Below, piece by piece: positions 1 to 8,330 of a stretch of DNA of 32,000 bases. Source of the DNA: Burkholderiales bacterium (GTDB lineage: Bacteria; Pseudomonadota; Gammaproteobacteria; Burkholderiales; Burkholderiaceae_D). A program made the translations under genes and the position numbers. Numbering within the stretch: the stretch's first letter is position 1; each line of letters begins with the position of its first letter. A model generated the notes under the pieces. That model searched no databases. It saw only the letters and a program-made list of their open reading frames with translations, and had not been told where the DNA came from. The stretch covers positions 1,784 to 33,783 of the forward strand of contig JACOUL010000045.1 of NCBI GenBank assembly GCA_016177875.1, in the 5' to 3' direction.

Positions 1-231
1 TTGTTCGGTCAGGGCGCAGCCATGTTGGGCGACGATGCAAACCACTTGATGCCTGGAGTAATCTCGGCCGTCAACGACGCTGATGGCGAGCGCACGGGCA
101 TTGCCGAGCTGGGCGGCAGCCGTTACGTGGTGCTGGAGCATGCGATGGGCACAGCATCGGAACCGCGCGGCCGGATCTTGATCCTGACATCCTTGGAGGG
201 AGGCGCGCATGGCGATTGGAACGATCAGTGA
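1..231 (+). CDS. 3' end (76 codons) of an unidentified ORF entering from the left edge
   Basis: The frame is open from base 1 to TGA at 229-231. Its stop overlaps the next gene's ATG (209), suggesting operon coupling. No diagnostic motif is present in the fragment. Confidence 0.35.
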   Translation: MFGQGAAMLGDDANHLMPGVISAVNDADGERTGIAELGGSRYVVLEHAMGTASEPRGRILILTSLEGGAHGDWNDQ

Positions 232-1054
232 CATCATCAAGCGCGTGCGCGACCTGCCGTCGTTGCCGGCGGTGGTCATGGACCTGATGACATGCATCGA
301 CCAGGAAGGCGCGGGCGCCAGGACGCTGGGCGAACGGCTAGCGCGCGACCAGGCGTTGGCGGCAAAGACGCTGCGGCTTGCCAATTCCTCCTTTTACGGC
401 ATGCAGCGCAAGGTATCGAGCATTCCGCAAGCCATCGCCATTCTCGGATTTGACAGCGTGCGCACCATGGTAGCGGCGGTCGCCGTGGCTGGCGCGTTTC
501 CCGCCGTTCGTGCGGGGCGCTTCGATTTCGAGATTTTTTGGCGGCATGCGATTGCCAGTGCAATTTGCGCAAAAGTGGTGGCCAAGCAAATGCGCATAGA
601 TGGCGACCAGGCCTTCGTCGCGGGTTTGCTGCATGACATCGGCAGGCTGGTTCTTGTCATGCATTTCCCGCAGGAGTACGAGGCGGTGCTGGATTACCGG
701 ACGGCGAATCAATGCCGCTTGCGGCAGGCCGAACTCGACATATTGGAAATCGACCATGCGCAGGTAGGGCGCATGCTCGCCGAGCATTGGAAATTTCCCG
801 TGCCGATTCAGAACGCGATTGCCAGCCACCATGACCCTGTGCTGGGTCCGGTCGGTGCGCTTGCTACCGCTGTGCAAGTCGCCAATTGCATCACGTTCAG
901 CATGGCGCGCACCGACGAAGAAAAAAATCTGCCGTCGGGTCTTACCGACCGCATGCTAGCTGTGCTGGGCATCAGTGAAGTTGTGGGGCAAGAGATACTG
1001 AATACGACGAAGTTGCAATTTGAAGAAGTGTGCCGGGTTTTGCTGAACAGTTAA
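209..1054 (+). CDS. HDOD-domain signal transduction protein
   Basis: 281 aa. The N-terminal LPSLPAVVMDLM...LARDQALAAKTLRLANSSFYG and the GLLHDIGRLVL / DHAQVG...HH pattern are typical of HDOD (HD-related output) domains. A GGAGGGAGG Shine-Dalgarno sequence lies at 195-203. Confidence 0.8.
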   Translation: MAIGTISDIIKRVRDLPSLPAVVMDLMTCIDQEGAGARTLGERLARDQALAAKTLRLANSSFYGMQRKVSSIPQAIAILGFDSVRTMVAAVAVAGAFPAVRAGRFDFEIFWRHAIASAICAKVVAKQMRIDGDQAFVAGLLHDIGRLVLVMHFPQEYEAVLDYRTANQCRLRQAELDILEIDHAQVGRMLAEHWKFPVPIQNAIASHHDPVLGPVGALATAVQVANCITFSMARTDEEKNLPSGLTDRMLAVLGISEVVGQEILNTTKLQFEEVCRVLLNS

Positions 1055-1055
1055 T

Positions 1056-2363
1056 ATGGAAAACATAAAACAAGAGCCAGCCAAGATTCTGTTCGTCGAC
1101 GACGAACCCAATATCCTATCCTCGCTGCGACGTTTGTTTCGCAACCAGGGTTACCATATTCAAACCGCAGAAAGCGGGGCCGACGGCATAAAAGCGTTGG
1201 AGGCCGAACCATTTGATCTGGTGATTTCCGACATGCGCATGCCGGAAATGGATGGTGTGCGCTTCCTGGAGCATGTGCGTTCCTTGTATCCGAACACGGT
1301 CCGCATCTTGTTGACCGGCTACTCCGATATCCAGTCGATACAGGAAGCGATCAACCGGGGCGAAATCTACCGCTACATCACCAAGCCGTGGGACGACAAC
1401 GACATTACGCTGCTGGTCAAGCATGCGCTGGAGCGGCATGCGCTGGAGCGTGAAAAACGCCGGCTGGAAGAGCTGACGCAGAAGCAGAATGACGAGCTGA
1501 AAGCGCTCAACGCCAGCCTGGAAGTCAAGGTCGAAGAACGCACGCGCGAGCTCAGGAGGGCGGCCGAATCGCTGGTGGCGATGAACGGCAAGCTCAAGGC
1601 GAGTTTTATTACGTCGATCAAGGTATTTTCCAGTGTGATCGAAATGCGGGGCGGGAATCTGGCGGGGCATTCGCTGCGCGTGGCCGATTTGTCGCGCAAG
1701 ATGGCCATGAAAATGGGACTGGATGCGCGTGCTACGCAAGAGGTGTTTGTTGCGGCGCTCTTGCACAATATCGGCAAGGTCGGATTCTCGGATGATTTGC
1801 TGGCGCTAGCCGTCAACCAAATGAACGGCGACAATCTCGGTCTGTACCGCAAGCATCCGCTTCGAGCGGAGCAATTGCTGATGCCCCTGGAGGATTTGCG
1901 CGGTTCGGCCGGCATCATTCGTGCCCAGCTGGAGTGCTTCAATGGAGAGGGCTTCCCGGATGGCCAATCGGGCTTTAATATCCCGACCGGTGCGCGCATA
2001 TTGGCGCTGGCAAGCGACTATTACAACTACCAAAACGGCACGCTGCTGCAGCGCCGATTGCGGCCGGAAGAGGCTAGAGACGTCATCATGCACGGCATCG
2101 GCAAGCGGTACGACCCGCAAGTGGTCAAGGCTTTTTCCGATGTCATGAGCGGCGTGGAGGAAACTGCACAGGAAAACGGTTTGCAATCCTGGCAGTTGCA
2201 ACCCGGCATGACAGTTACCCGAGACGTTATTGCCAAGGATGGTTTTCTGTTGCTGTCGGCGGATCATGTGCTCGACGAGCGTTTGATCGAGCAAATTCAG
2301 GAATTCGAGAAGGCCATGAATGTGCGCCTGACTTATTACATTCGTATCGACCGGAGAACATGA
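1056..2363 (+). CDS. Response regulator: REC domain plus degenerate HD-GYP-like domain (RpfG-family architecture)
   Basis: 435 aa. The REC domain shows ILFVDDEP, DLVISDMRMPEMDG and YRYITKPW. A coiled-coil linker follows, then an HD-GYP-like domain in which HD is LHNIGK (1761-1778) and HHExxDGxGYP is QLECFNGEGFP (1926-1958). Confidence 0.85.
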   Translation: MENIKQEPAKILFVDDEPNILSSLRRLFRNQGYHIQTAESGADGIKALEAEPFDLVISDMRMPEMDGVRFLEHVRSLYPNTVRILLTGYSDIQSIQEAINRGEIYRYITKPWDDNDITLLVKHALERHALEREKRRLEELTQKQNDELKALNASLEVKVEERTRELRRAAESLVAMNGKLKASFITSIKVFSSVIEMRGGNLAGHSLRVADLSRKMAMKMGLDARATQEVFVAALLHNIGKVGFSDDLLALAVNQMNGDNLGLYRKHPLRAEQLLMPLEDLRGSAGIIRAQLECFNGEGFPDGQSGFNIPTGARILALASDYYNYQNGTLLQRRLRPEEARDVIMHGIGKRYDPQVVKAFSDVMSGVEETAQENGLQSWQLQPGMTVTRDVIAKDGFLLLSADHVLDERLIEQIQEFEKAMNVRLTYYIRIDRRT

Positions 2364-2893
2364 TGAAACGCTTTTTGCTTGTGGACGACGAGATAAATGT
2401 TCTGAACGCGCTGCAGAGAATACTGCGGCAGAGACTGGGCGACATCGATGTGAAAGTCGAAACCTGCTCCGATCCGGTGGAAGCGCTGGCGCGCATCGGC
2501 GAGATGTCCTTCGACCTGGTGATATCGGATCAGCGCATGCCGATGATGACGGGCGTGGAATTTCTCAAGGCGGTTCGAAAAATTCAGCCTGATGCGGTGC
2601 GCTTGATGTTGAGTGCTTATTCTGAATTCAGCGCAGTGGTCAATGCGGTGAACGAAGCTGAGGTCTTCCGTTATATCGCCAAGCCGTGGCAGCCGGAAGA
2701 CTTGGAGCAAGTGATCCGGCTTGCGCTGGCACGCCGCGAACAGATCCTGGAGGACAAGCGTCTCGCCGACGAAATGCGCGTGCAGCGCGGCGCCATGTCG
2801 GCGCAGGAACTGGAGGCCAAGCGCTTAGAAGACGAGGAACCGGGAATCACGAAGGTGAATTGGGGGCCGGATGGCTCGGTTCATTTGGAATGA
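2360..2893 (+). CDS. Stand-alone response regulator receiver (REC) protein with a short charged C-terminal tail
   Basis: 177 aa with LLVDDE, DLVISDQRMPMMTG and FRYIAKPW. An ATGA overlap with the upstream gene lies at 2360-2363. Confidence 0.8.
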   Translation: MMKRFLLVDDEINVLNALQRILRQRLGDIDVKVETCSDPVEALARIGEMSFDLVISDQRMPMMTGVEFLKAVRKIQPDAVRLMLSAYSEFSAVVNAVNEAEVFRYIAKPWQPEDLEQVIRLALARREQILEDKRLADEMRVQRGAMSAQELEAKRLEDEEPGITKVNWGPDGSVHLE

Positions 2894-2918
2894 ACGGATA
2901 GCCGGGGAGTCAAGGTAA

Positions 2919-3359
2919 ATGGATATCCTCCAGGACGAAGCGCTGTTTGCCGGTCTGAAGGCACTGGCAGAGAGCGCTTTCCCCAAGCACTGCAAGAACT
3001 GCGGACGTATATTCGAGTCGGCCGAGCAATTCCTGCGCGAGACCAGGAAAATCGACCAGAAACGCTCAGGCTTGAAGCAAAGCTGGGACGACAACGACGT
3101 TCCCATCGTCGAAGTCTATCGGAATTGCCCTTGCGGTTCGACCTTGATGGATTTTTTCTCCGACCGCCGCGATCTTTCGCAGAATGGCTTGGCGCGTCGC
3201 GAGAAATTCGGGAAACTCATGGGCCAACTGATCGCTCATGGATGGCAACACGATACGGCGCGCGCGGAACTTTTGAAGGTTTTGCGCGGCGAGAAAAGCG
3301 AATTGATCGAGCAATTGAGAGCGGCTCAACTTTCTAAAACCAACAATGGAAACCAATAG
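2919..3359 (+). CDS. Small hypothetical protein with a CxxC...CxC cysteine cluster (putative zinc-binding)
   Basis: 146 aa with C25-x2-C28 (HCKNCG) and C70-x-C72 (NCPCG). It sits between REC genes, and its 3' end overlaps the next ORF's start (3346). Confidence 0.5.
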   Translation: MDILQDEALFAGLKALAESAFPKHCKNCGRIFESAEQFLRETRKIDQKRSGLKQSWDDNDVPIVEVYRNCPCGSTLMDFFSDRRDLSQNGLARREKFGKLMGQLIAHGWQHDTARAELLKVLRGEKSELIEQLRAAQLSKTNNGNQ

Positions 3360-3732
3360 CGATTCGGTGTTGATCGCCGACGACAATCATATATCGCTCG
3401 ATCTGTTAAAAGGCTTGCTGGCAAGCTTAGGATATGTCGACATTAAGTGTGTAATGGACGGCGATGCGGCGATAGCGAGCTATCAAGGGAAAAAGTCTGA
3501 CATTCTTTTCCTCGACATAAACATGCCGGTAAAGAGTGGACTGGATACGCTCAAAGAAATTCGCGCCGTCGATCCGAACGCATTTGTCGTTATCGTCAGC
3601 GGCGAATGCTCCGCGGCCAACATCCAGCAAAGTTTGGCGCTCGGTGCACAAGGCTTTGTAGTAAAGCCGTATAGCGTATCTCGCGTCAAGGAGGCGTTGG
3701 ATAAATACCGAAAGGGCAAGACAAGCGTCTGA
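3346..3732 (+). CDS. CheY-like single-domain response regulator
   Basis: 128 aa with VLIADDN, ILFLDINMPVKSG, VVIVSG and GFVVKP, which are the REC-domain acidic pocket, T/S and K positions. Confidence 0.8.
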   Translation: METNSDSVLIADDNHISLDLLKGLLASLGYVDIKCVMDGDAAIASYQGKKSDILFLDINMPVKSGLDTLKEIRAVDPNAFVVIVSGECSAANIQQSLALGAQGFVVKPYSVSRVKEALDKYRKGKTSV

Positions 3733-3744
3733 GTCCGCCTGGAC

Positions 3745-6006
3745 TTAGTTTGACGGCCGTCCAGCTTTCGCCAAGTCGTTCTCAACCGTTTGCTTCAACT
3801 GTGCCCACGCTGAAACCATCACATCTTTATCATCAGCTTTGATGGCCTTATTGAGTTTGTCGGCAAGCTCCGAGATATGTGGAAAACCGAAACTTCCGGC
3901 CGTACCCTTCAAGGTATGCGCGACAAATCCGACCGCACGCCAATCGCCTTTTTGCGCGGCATCGTTAATCTGCAGCATGGTTCCGCCTAGACCAGCGACA
4001 AACTGATCCGCTAATTTGCGGAAAAAGTCCATTTGCTCGATGGCGGTTTCGGCAGGCTTGGTGTCTTTTTCATCTTTGGCTGTCTGTAAATACTTCGCCA
4101 GCATTTTATAAAACTTGTCGATATCGATCGGCTTCGACAGGTAATCCGTACAGCCGCCGGCAAGATACTCATCGATATCTTCTTTCATTACGTTGGCGGT
4201 GAGCGCGACGATGGGCCTGCCGTAAGCGGCTTGCCGCAAAGTCTGGGTCGCTTCCAAGCCGCCCATGATGGGCATTTGCATATCCATCAGAACAAGATCG
4301 AATTCGGCGGACAGCGCTTGTTCGATGGCTTGCAAGCCGTTTTCAACGACGGTGACTTCGATGCCGGCACGACCAAGGTAGGCGCAGGCGAGCTTTTGAT
4401 TGTCAGGACCATCCTCCGCTAGCAGCACGTGGCCTTTCAAGCGCGGTACTTCGTTCGGCGCCATGGCTGCCGCAGATGCATTGCTCAGGTCTTCTATCGA
4501 AGTCAGCATGGTTACGTCATCGAATGCGCCGGTGGCGATGGTGACGGTGAAGCGGCTGCCTTCACCCGGCGCGCTGTCGAGTGTGATTGTGCCGCCTAAT
4601 AGTTGAGCGAGCTGATAGCTGATGTAAAGGCCCAAGCCGGTGCCGCCATACTTGCGCGTGGTCGAAGAATCGGCCTGACTAAACGCGGAAAACAATCTCT
4701 TTTGCTGTTCTTCGGTAATGCCGATGCCGGTGTCGGTCACGGCGATTGTCAGCATTTCGTTTGCGCAGCCCACTCGCAATTGAATGCTGCCATGCTCGGT
4801 ATATTTCAATGCGTTCGTGCAGAGATTGAGCAGGATTTGGCGGAAGCGCGTCGGATCGCCGTGTATCTTCGACGGCAGGGGAAAATCATAGTGGATCGCA
4901 AATTCCAAACCTTTTTCGCATACTTGGGCGCTGACCAGGGAATTCACTTCTCCGATGATTTCAAGTGGAGAGAAGGGAATATTCTCGACTTCGATGCGGC
5001 CGGCTTCGATCTTGGCCACATCGAGAATTTCATTGATCACACTCAGAAGGTGTTTGCCGGCACGCGAAATGGTTGCCAGTTGGTCGCGCGTAGAATCGGA
5101 AGCTTCCAATTCCAGTAGTTGCGCGAAACCGATAATGGCGTTTAAGGGCGTGCGCAGTTCATGACTCATTTGCGACAAGAATTGCGATTTGACTCGGCTG
5201 GCCTGTTCCGCCGCATCGCGTGCCAGCACCAATTCGCTTTCCGCGCGTTTCATAGCGGTGATATCACGGAAGCTGAATACCCGCCCCATTAAGTGATCGC
5301 GCAGGAATTGAGGTTTGGAGCTGCAAACAAAATAGCGGCCGTCCGTCAGCGCTACGATGTCTTCCGTTTCGACTTCAGGATTGTCGGCGATTAAGGCAAG
5401 TATTTCGCCGCATATCGCTTGGTTTTGTAGCAGCCCCTGAATGAAGTCAATTACTTGCGCCTGGCTATGCGACGCCAGGATTTCCTCGGGTACTTTCCAC
5501 ATTTCCGCGAATCGGCGGTTGAAGTTGCCGACATTGCCTTCCATGTCGACCACCAAAATTCCCTCGGCGGTTGCTTCCAACGATGTTTGCAGTTGCGAGG
5601 CAAGTCGTATTTGTTCTTCTTCGATCTGGCGCCGTCGCGTCAAATCCTCGGCGTGAAGCACCCAATAAACTTTATCGCCTTCGCTATAACTCGATACGCG
5701 CTTCTCCACCGAGATGGTGTTGCCGTCGCGTGTTTGCCATTCGCTTTCGATCATGCGTTCGCCGCCGAACGCAGGCGCCATTTTCAGCTCTTCCCAAAAA
5801 AATACGTCTTGCAGAGAGCACTCGATATTGGCGAGCGATTGACCGATTAATTCATCACGCGCATAGCCGAGAATCCGGCATGCGGTGTTGTCGACATCGA
5901 GGATGGTTTGCGCTGCCGAATCGACTACCAGCACAGCATCGCGCGCCGTATCAAGAATATGACGCAACAATCCAAGGCGGGGCGATTCGGCGGAGGTCGG
6001 AGGCAT
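3745..6006 (-). CDS. Hybrid sensor histidine kinase (PAS-PAS-HisKA-HATPase_c-REC-Hpt)
   Basis: 753 aa with two PAS-like segments. The H-box is FLSQMSHELRTPLNAIIGF. The G2 box is GGTGLGLYISYQLAQLLGG. The REC domain has VLLAEDGPDNQ...DLVLMDMQMPIMGG. The C-terminal Hpt has HTLKGTAGSFGF. Confidence 0.9.
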   Translation of the reverse strand: MPPTSAESPRLGLLRHILDTARDAVLVVDSAAQTILDVDNTACRILGYARDELIGQSLANIECSLQDVFFWEELKMAPAFGGERMIESEWQTRDGNTISVEKRVSSYSEGDKVYWVLHAEDLTRRRQIEEEQIRLASQLQTSLEATAEGILVVDMEGNVGNFNRRFAEMWKVPEEILASHSQAQVIDFIQGLLQNQAICGEILALIADNPEVETEDIVALTDGRYFVCSSKPQFLRDHLMGRVFSFRDITAMKRAESELVLARDAAEQASRVKSQFLSQMSHELRTPLNAIIGFAQLLELEASDSTRDQLATISRAGKHLLSVINEILDVAKIEAGRIEVENIPFSPLEIIGEVNSLVSAQVCEKGLEFAIHYDFPLPSKIHGDPTRFRQILLNLCTNALKYTEHGSIQLRVGCANEMLTIAVTDTGIGITEEQQKRLFSAFSQADSSTTRKYGGTGLGLYISYQLAQLLGGTITLDSAPGEGSRFTVTIATGAFDDVTMLTSIEDLSNASAAAMAPNEVPRLKGHVLLAEDGPDNQKLACAYLGRAGIEVTVVENGLQAIEQALSAEFDLVLMDMQMPIMGGLEATQTLRQAAYGRPIVALTANVMKEDIDEYLAGGCTDYLSKPIDIDKFYKMLAKYLQTAKDEKDTKPAETAIEQMDFFRKLADQFVAGLGGTMLQINDAAQKGDWRAVGFVAHTLKGTAGSFGFPHISELADKLNKAIKADDKDVMVSAWAQLKQTVENDLAKAGRPSN

Positions 6007-6036
6007 GATGGATCGTTCTCGAGGAACTGCGCCGGA

Positions 6037-7338
6037 CTAGGATTTTCCGGAACCGGCACCGCCACTGGAGCCGCTTTTGGAGTCGTAATAGTAGGTCACG
6101 CGCTTTCTCGGGCTGAGATAGTCGTAGATTGCACGCGGCAGCTGGCCTGGGCGTATGCTTGCCGTCACACCCAAATCTGCCGACTCTTCCGCCAGATCGA
6201 GAATGATCGCGCTGTCTTTGGGAATTTCCGGGTCGTACACCAAGACGCGCGGCCGCAATGGCTTGCCGATATTGACGTTCATGACCAAACCGACCGCTTC
6301 GTTCGACAGGCGTACCAAGGTGCCCGGCGGATAAACGCCCAGGCAGCGCACCATGGTCGTCAATGCGGCAGGATCGAATTGGGCGCGCCGATGCGCATAC
6401 ATCTTCGACAAGGCTTCATGCGGCGTGAGCGATTGCGATGGGTCGACATGGTTGCATAAATTGTCATAGACGTTGGCGATCGTGACAATGCGCGTGATCA
6501 ACGGGATAGCTTCGCCTTTCAACTTATCCGGATAACCGGTGCCGTCCATGTATTCGTGATGATGGACGATCGCATCGAGCACCGCGTTGCCCATGCCGGC
6601 TTTCTTAGCGATTTCGTATCCATACCGCGTATGCAAGTTATAGAGGTCTTGTTCCGGCTTGGTAAGCGCTTCGGTTTTGAGCAGCACTTTGCTCGGCACG
6701 TCGACTTTACCAAGATCGTGGAACAGGGCGGCTGATCCGACCACCTTGATCTGATCATGCGTACACTTCAATTCATGTGCCAGCATCATCGCCAAGACGG
6801 ATACGTTCAGCGAATGGAAATACATCTCTTCCTCGCCGAAATTTTTTTGGATCAGATGCATGATCGTGTCGTTATCGGTCAGGAAGGCTTCCGCCATGGT
6901 GTTGACCAATTTTCCGGCTTCGGCGATCGTTTCCTGCGGACGCGAAAAAATATTCTTGTCGATGTTCTTGACCGTCGTTGCGGCGTGCACGAATTTTTCT
7001 TCGCAGCGCTTGATTTGTTCGCGCTGCTTCTCAAGCTGTTCCAAGCGTGCGCGTTTCGCGTCCGTGATATTGGCGTAGACGGTTGCATTCGGCGGTGCCG
7101 GTGCGGCCGGCGCTTGCTGTGTCGACGGCTCGGGTGCCCGCGGCGACACCGGGTCGCTCTTGGAAGGTATATAGCGGATATGTTTGAGGTCCAGCGCCTT
7201 CAACTCATCGATCTGCTTTTGGCTGATGATCTTGAATGAATTCATCGGGAAGGAATGCTGAAACCAGCTCAGGTCAAGCCGGATGAACATGCCGATGCGA
7301 ACCTTGTCGATCGAGATGAGCTGACTGTCTTCCGCCAT
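6037..7338 (-). CDS. HD-GYP domain c-di-GMP phosphodiesterase-type protein with a DUF3391-like N-terminus
   Basis: 433 aa. The N-terminal ISIDKVRIGMFIRLDLSWFQHSFP is DUF3391-like. HD is intact (LFHDLGK), and HHHEYMDGTGYP is intact at 6529-6564. The gene lies 30 nt upstream of the hybrid kinase on the same strand. Confidence 0.85.
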   Translation of the reverse strand: MAEDSQLISIDKVRIGMFIRLDLSWFQHSFPMNSFKIISQKQIDELKALDLKHIRYIPSKSDPVSPRAPEPSTQQAPAAPAPPNATVYANITDAKRARLEQLEKQREQIKRCEEKFVHAATTVKNIDKNIFSRPQETIAEAGKLVNTMAEAFLTDNDTIMHLIQKNFGEEEMYFHSLNVSVLAMMLAHELKCTHDQIKVVGSAALFHDLGKVDVPSKVLLKTEALTKPEQDLYNLHTRYGYEIAKKAGMGNAVLDAIVHHHEYMDGTGYPDKLKGEAIPLITRIVTIANVYDNLCNHVDPSQSLTPHEALSKMYAHRRAQFDPAALTTMVRCLGVYPPGTLVRLSNEAVGLVMNVNIGKPLRPRVLVYDPEIPKDSAIILDLAEESADLGVTASIRPGQLPRAIYDYLSPRKRVTYYYDSKSGSSGGAGSGKS

Positions 7339-7414
7339 GTCGTAGAGTAATTTAATTATTTCCCTACAATATAACGGGGATTTTTAGCGGCGGGTGGATT
7401 GTGTTGTCAGAAAT

Positions 7415-7444
7415 CACGGCATATCGCTTCATCGACATGCCGTG
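7415..7444 (-). terminator. Possible weak intrinsic terminator downstream of the glycine-zipper gene
   Basis: An inverted repeat CACGGCAT (7415-7422) / ATGCCGTG (7437-7444) has a 14-nt loop. On the minus strand it is followed by ATTTCTG, which is only a weak U-tract. Confidence 0.25.
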
Positions 7445-7515
7445 AACGAGAGGGGAGGGAAAGACGGCCGAATTTCAGGTCAAATTGCTAACATTTTTGC
7501 ATCGTGCATCAGCGG

Positions 7516-8205
7516 TCAAGCATGCGCCATTAATTTGCCGTTGACGACTTTAACGCGGTCGCCGACTTGCCAGCCTTCTTGCGTTGCTAACGGTACGGTG
7601 CGTACCGACCCGTCTTCCATGCGGATCTTCGCTTGATAAGTGGTCGTGGAGCGGGAACGCTTTTCGATTTCGTTGCCGGCGTAACCGCCGCCCACTGCGC
7701 CCGCAACGGTCGCCAAGGTGCGGCCATTGCCGTTACCCACTTGATTCCCCAGTACGCCGCCCAAGACCGCACCGGCGACGACACCGACGCCGCTCGGTTT
7801 TGCTTGGTGCTGCACGGCATGCACGGAAACAATACGGCCGCAGCTGCGGCAAACCTTAGGCGCTTGCGCAACCGGTGCGTTGTATTGAGCGCCGCTTTGA
7901 GCACGGGGGCGAGTCGATTGGATGGCGGCGGGTTGTTTTGCCGATGCTGTTTTCGGCGGTGCGGGCAGCGGCTCGGCCTTTTCGGCGGGGGCTAAGTTAG
8001 CAACGCCTTTCATCTCGGTTGTCGAGGCCGCGGTAGTCGAGACAGGCGGCGTGCTTGCCAAATTTGCAGCCGGCGCATTATTGCTATGCGAATCCGGCAA
8101 TAGGCCAGTAATGGCGGCGACGCCGGTGAGGCTCACCAGCGTAACGGAAACGGCCGCAACGGCCACCAAAGGATGAATGCGGCTAGGCGTTTTGCCAACT
8201 TCCAT
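7516..8205 (-). CDS. Membrane-anchored glycine-zipper (Rick_17kDa/SlyB-like) protein
   Basis: 229 aa from ATG 8205, with GGAGG 5 nt upstream; the ORF track starts at TTG 8217. It has an N-terminal hydrophobic helix and an Ala/Pro-rich linker. These are followed by CRSCG and the glycine zipper GVGVVAGAVLGGVLGNQVGNGNGRTLATVAGAVGGGYAGN. Confidence 0.65.
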   Translation of the reverse strand: MEVGKTPSRIHPLVAVAAVSVTLVSLTGVAAITGLLPDSHSNNAPAANLASTPPVSTTAASTTEMKGVANLAPAEKAEPLPAPPKTASAKQPAAIQSTRPRAQSGAQYNAPVAQAPKVCRSCGRIVSVHAVQHQAKPSGVGVVAGAVLGGVLGNQVGNGNGRTLATVAGAVGGGYAGNEIEKRSRSTTTYQAKIRMEDGSVRTVPLATQEGWQVGDRVKVVNGKLMAHA

Positions 8206-8330
8206 AATTACCTCCAATCAATTCATGCGACTGTGCGTATGAATTGATTTTCGCTAGGAAGTTTCGGCAAGGCTAGACTGAATGGGTTTCAGATGTAAGC
8301 CTTTGTAACGCTTGCCGAATACATCAAACT

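Noticed and set aside
8263-8319. An inverted repeat TTCGGCAAG / CTTGCCGAA downstream of lysS, considered as a candidate terminator.
   Set aside because: The loop is 39 nt and no U-tract follows on the minus strand. This is not a canonical intrinsic terminator.
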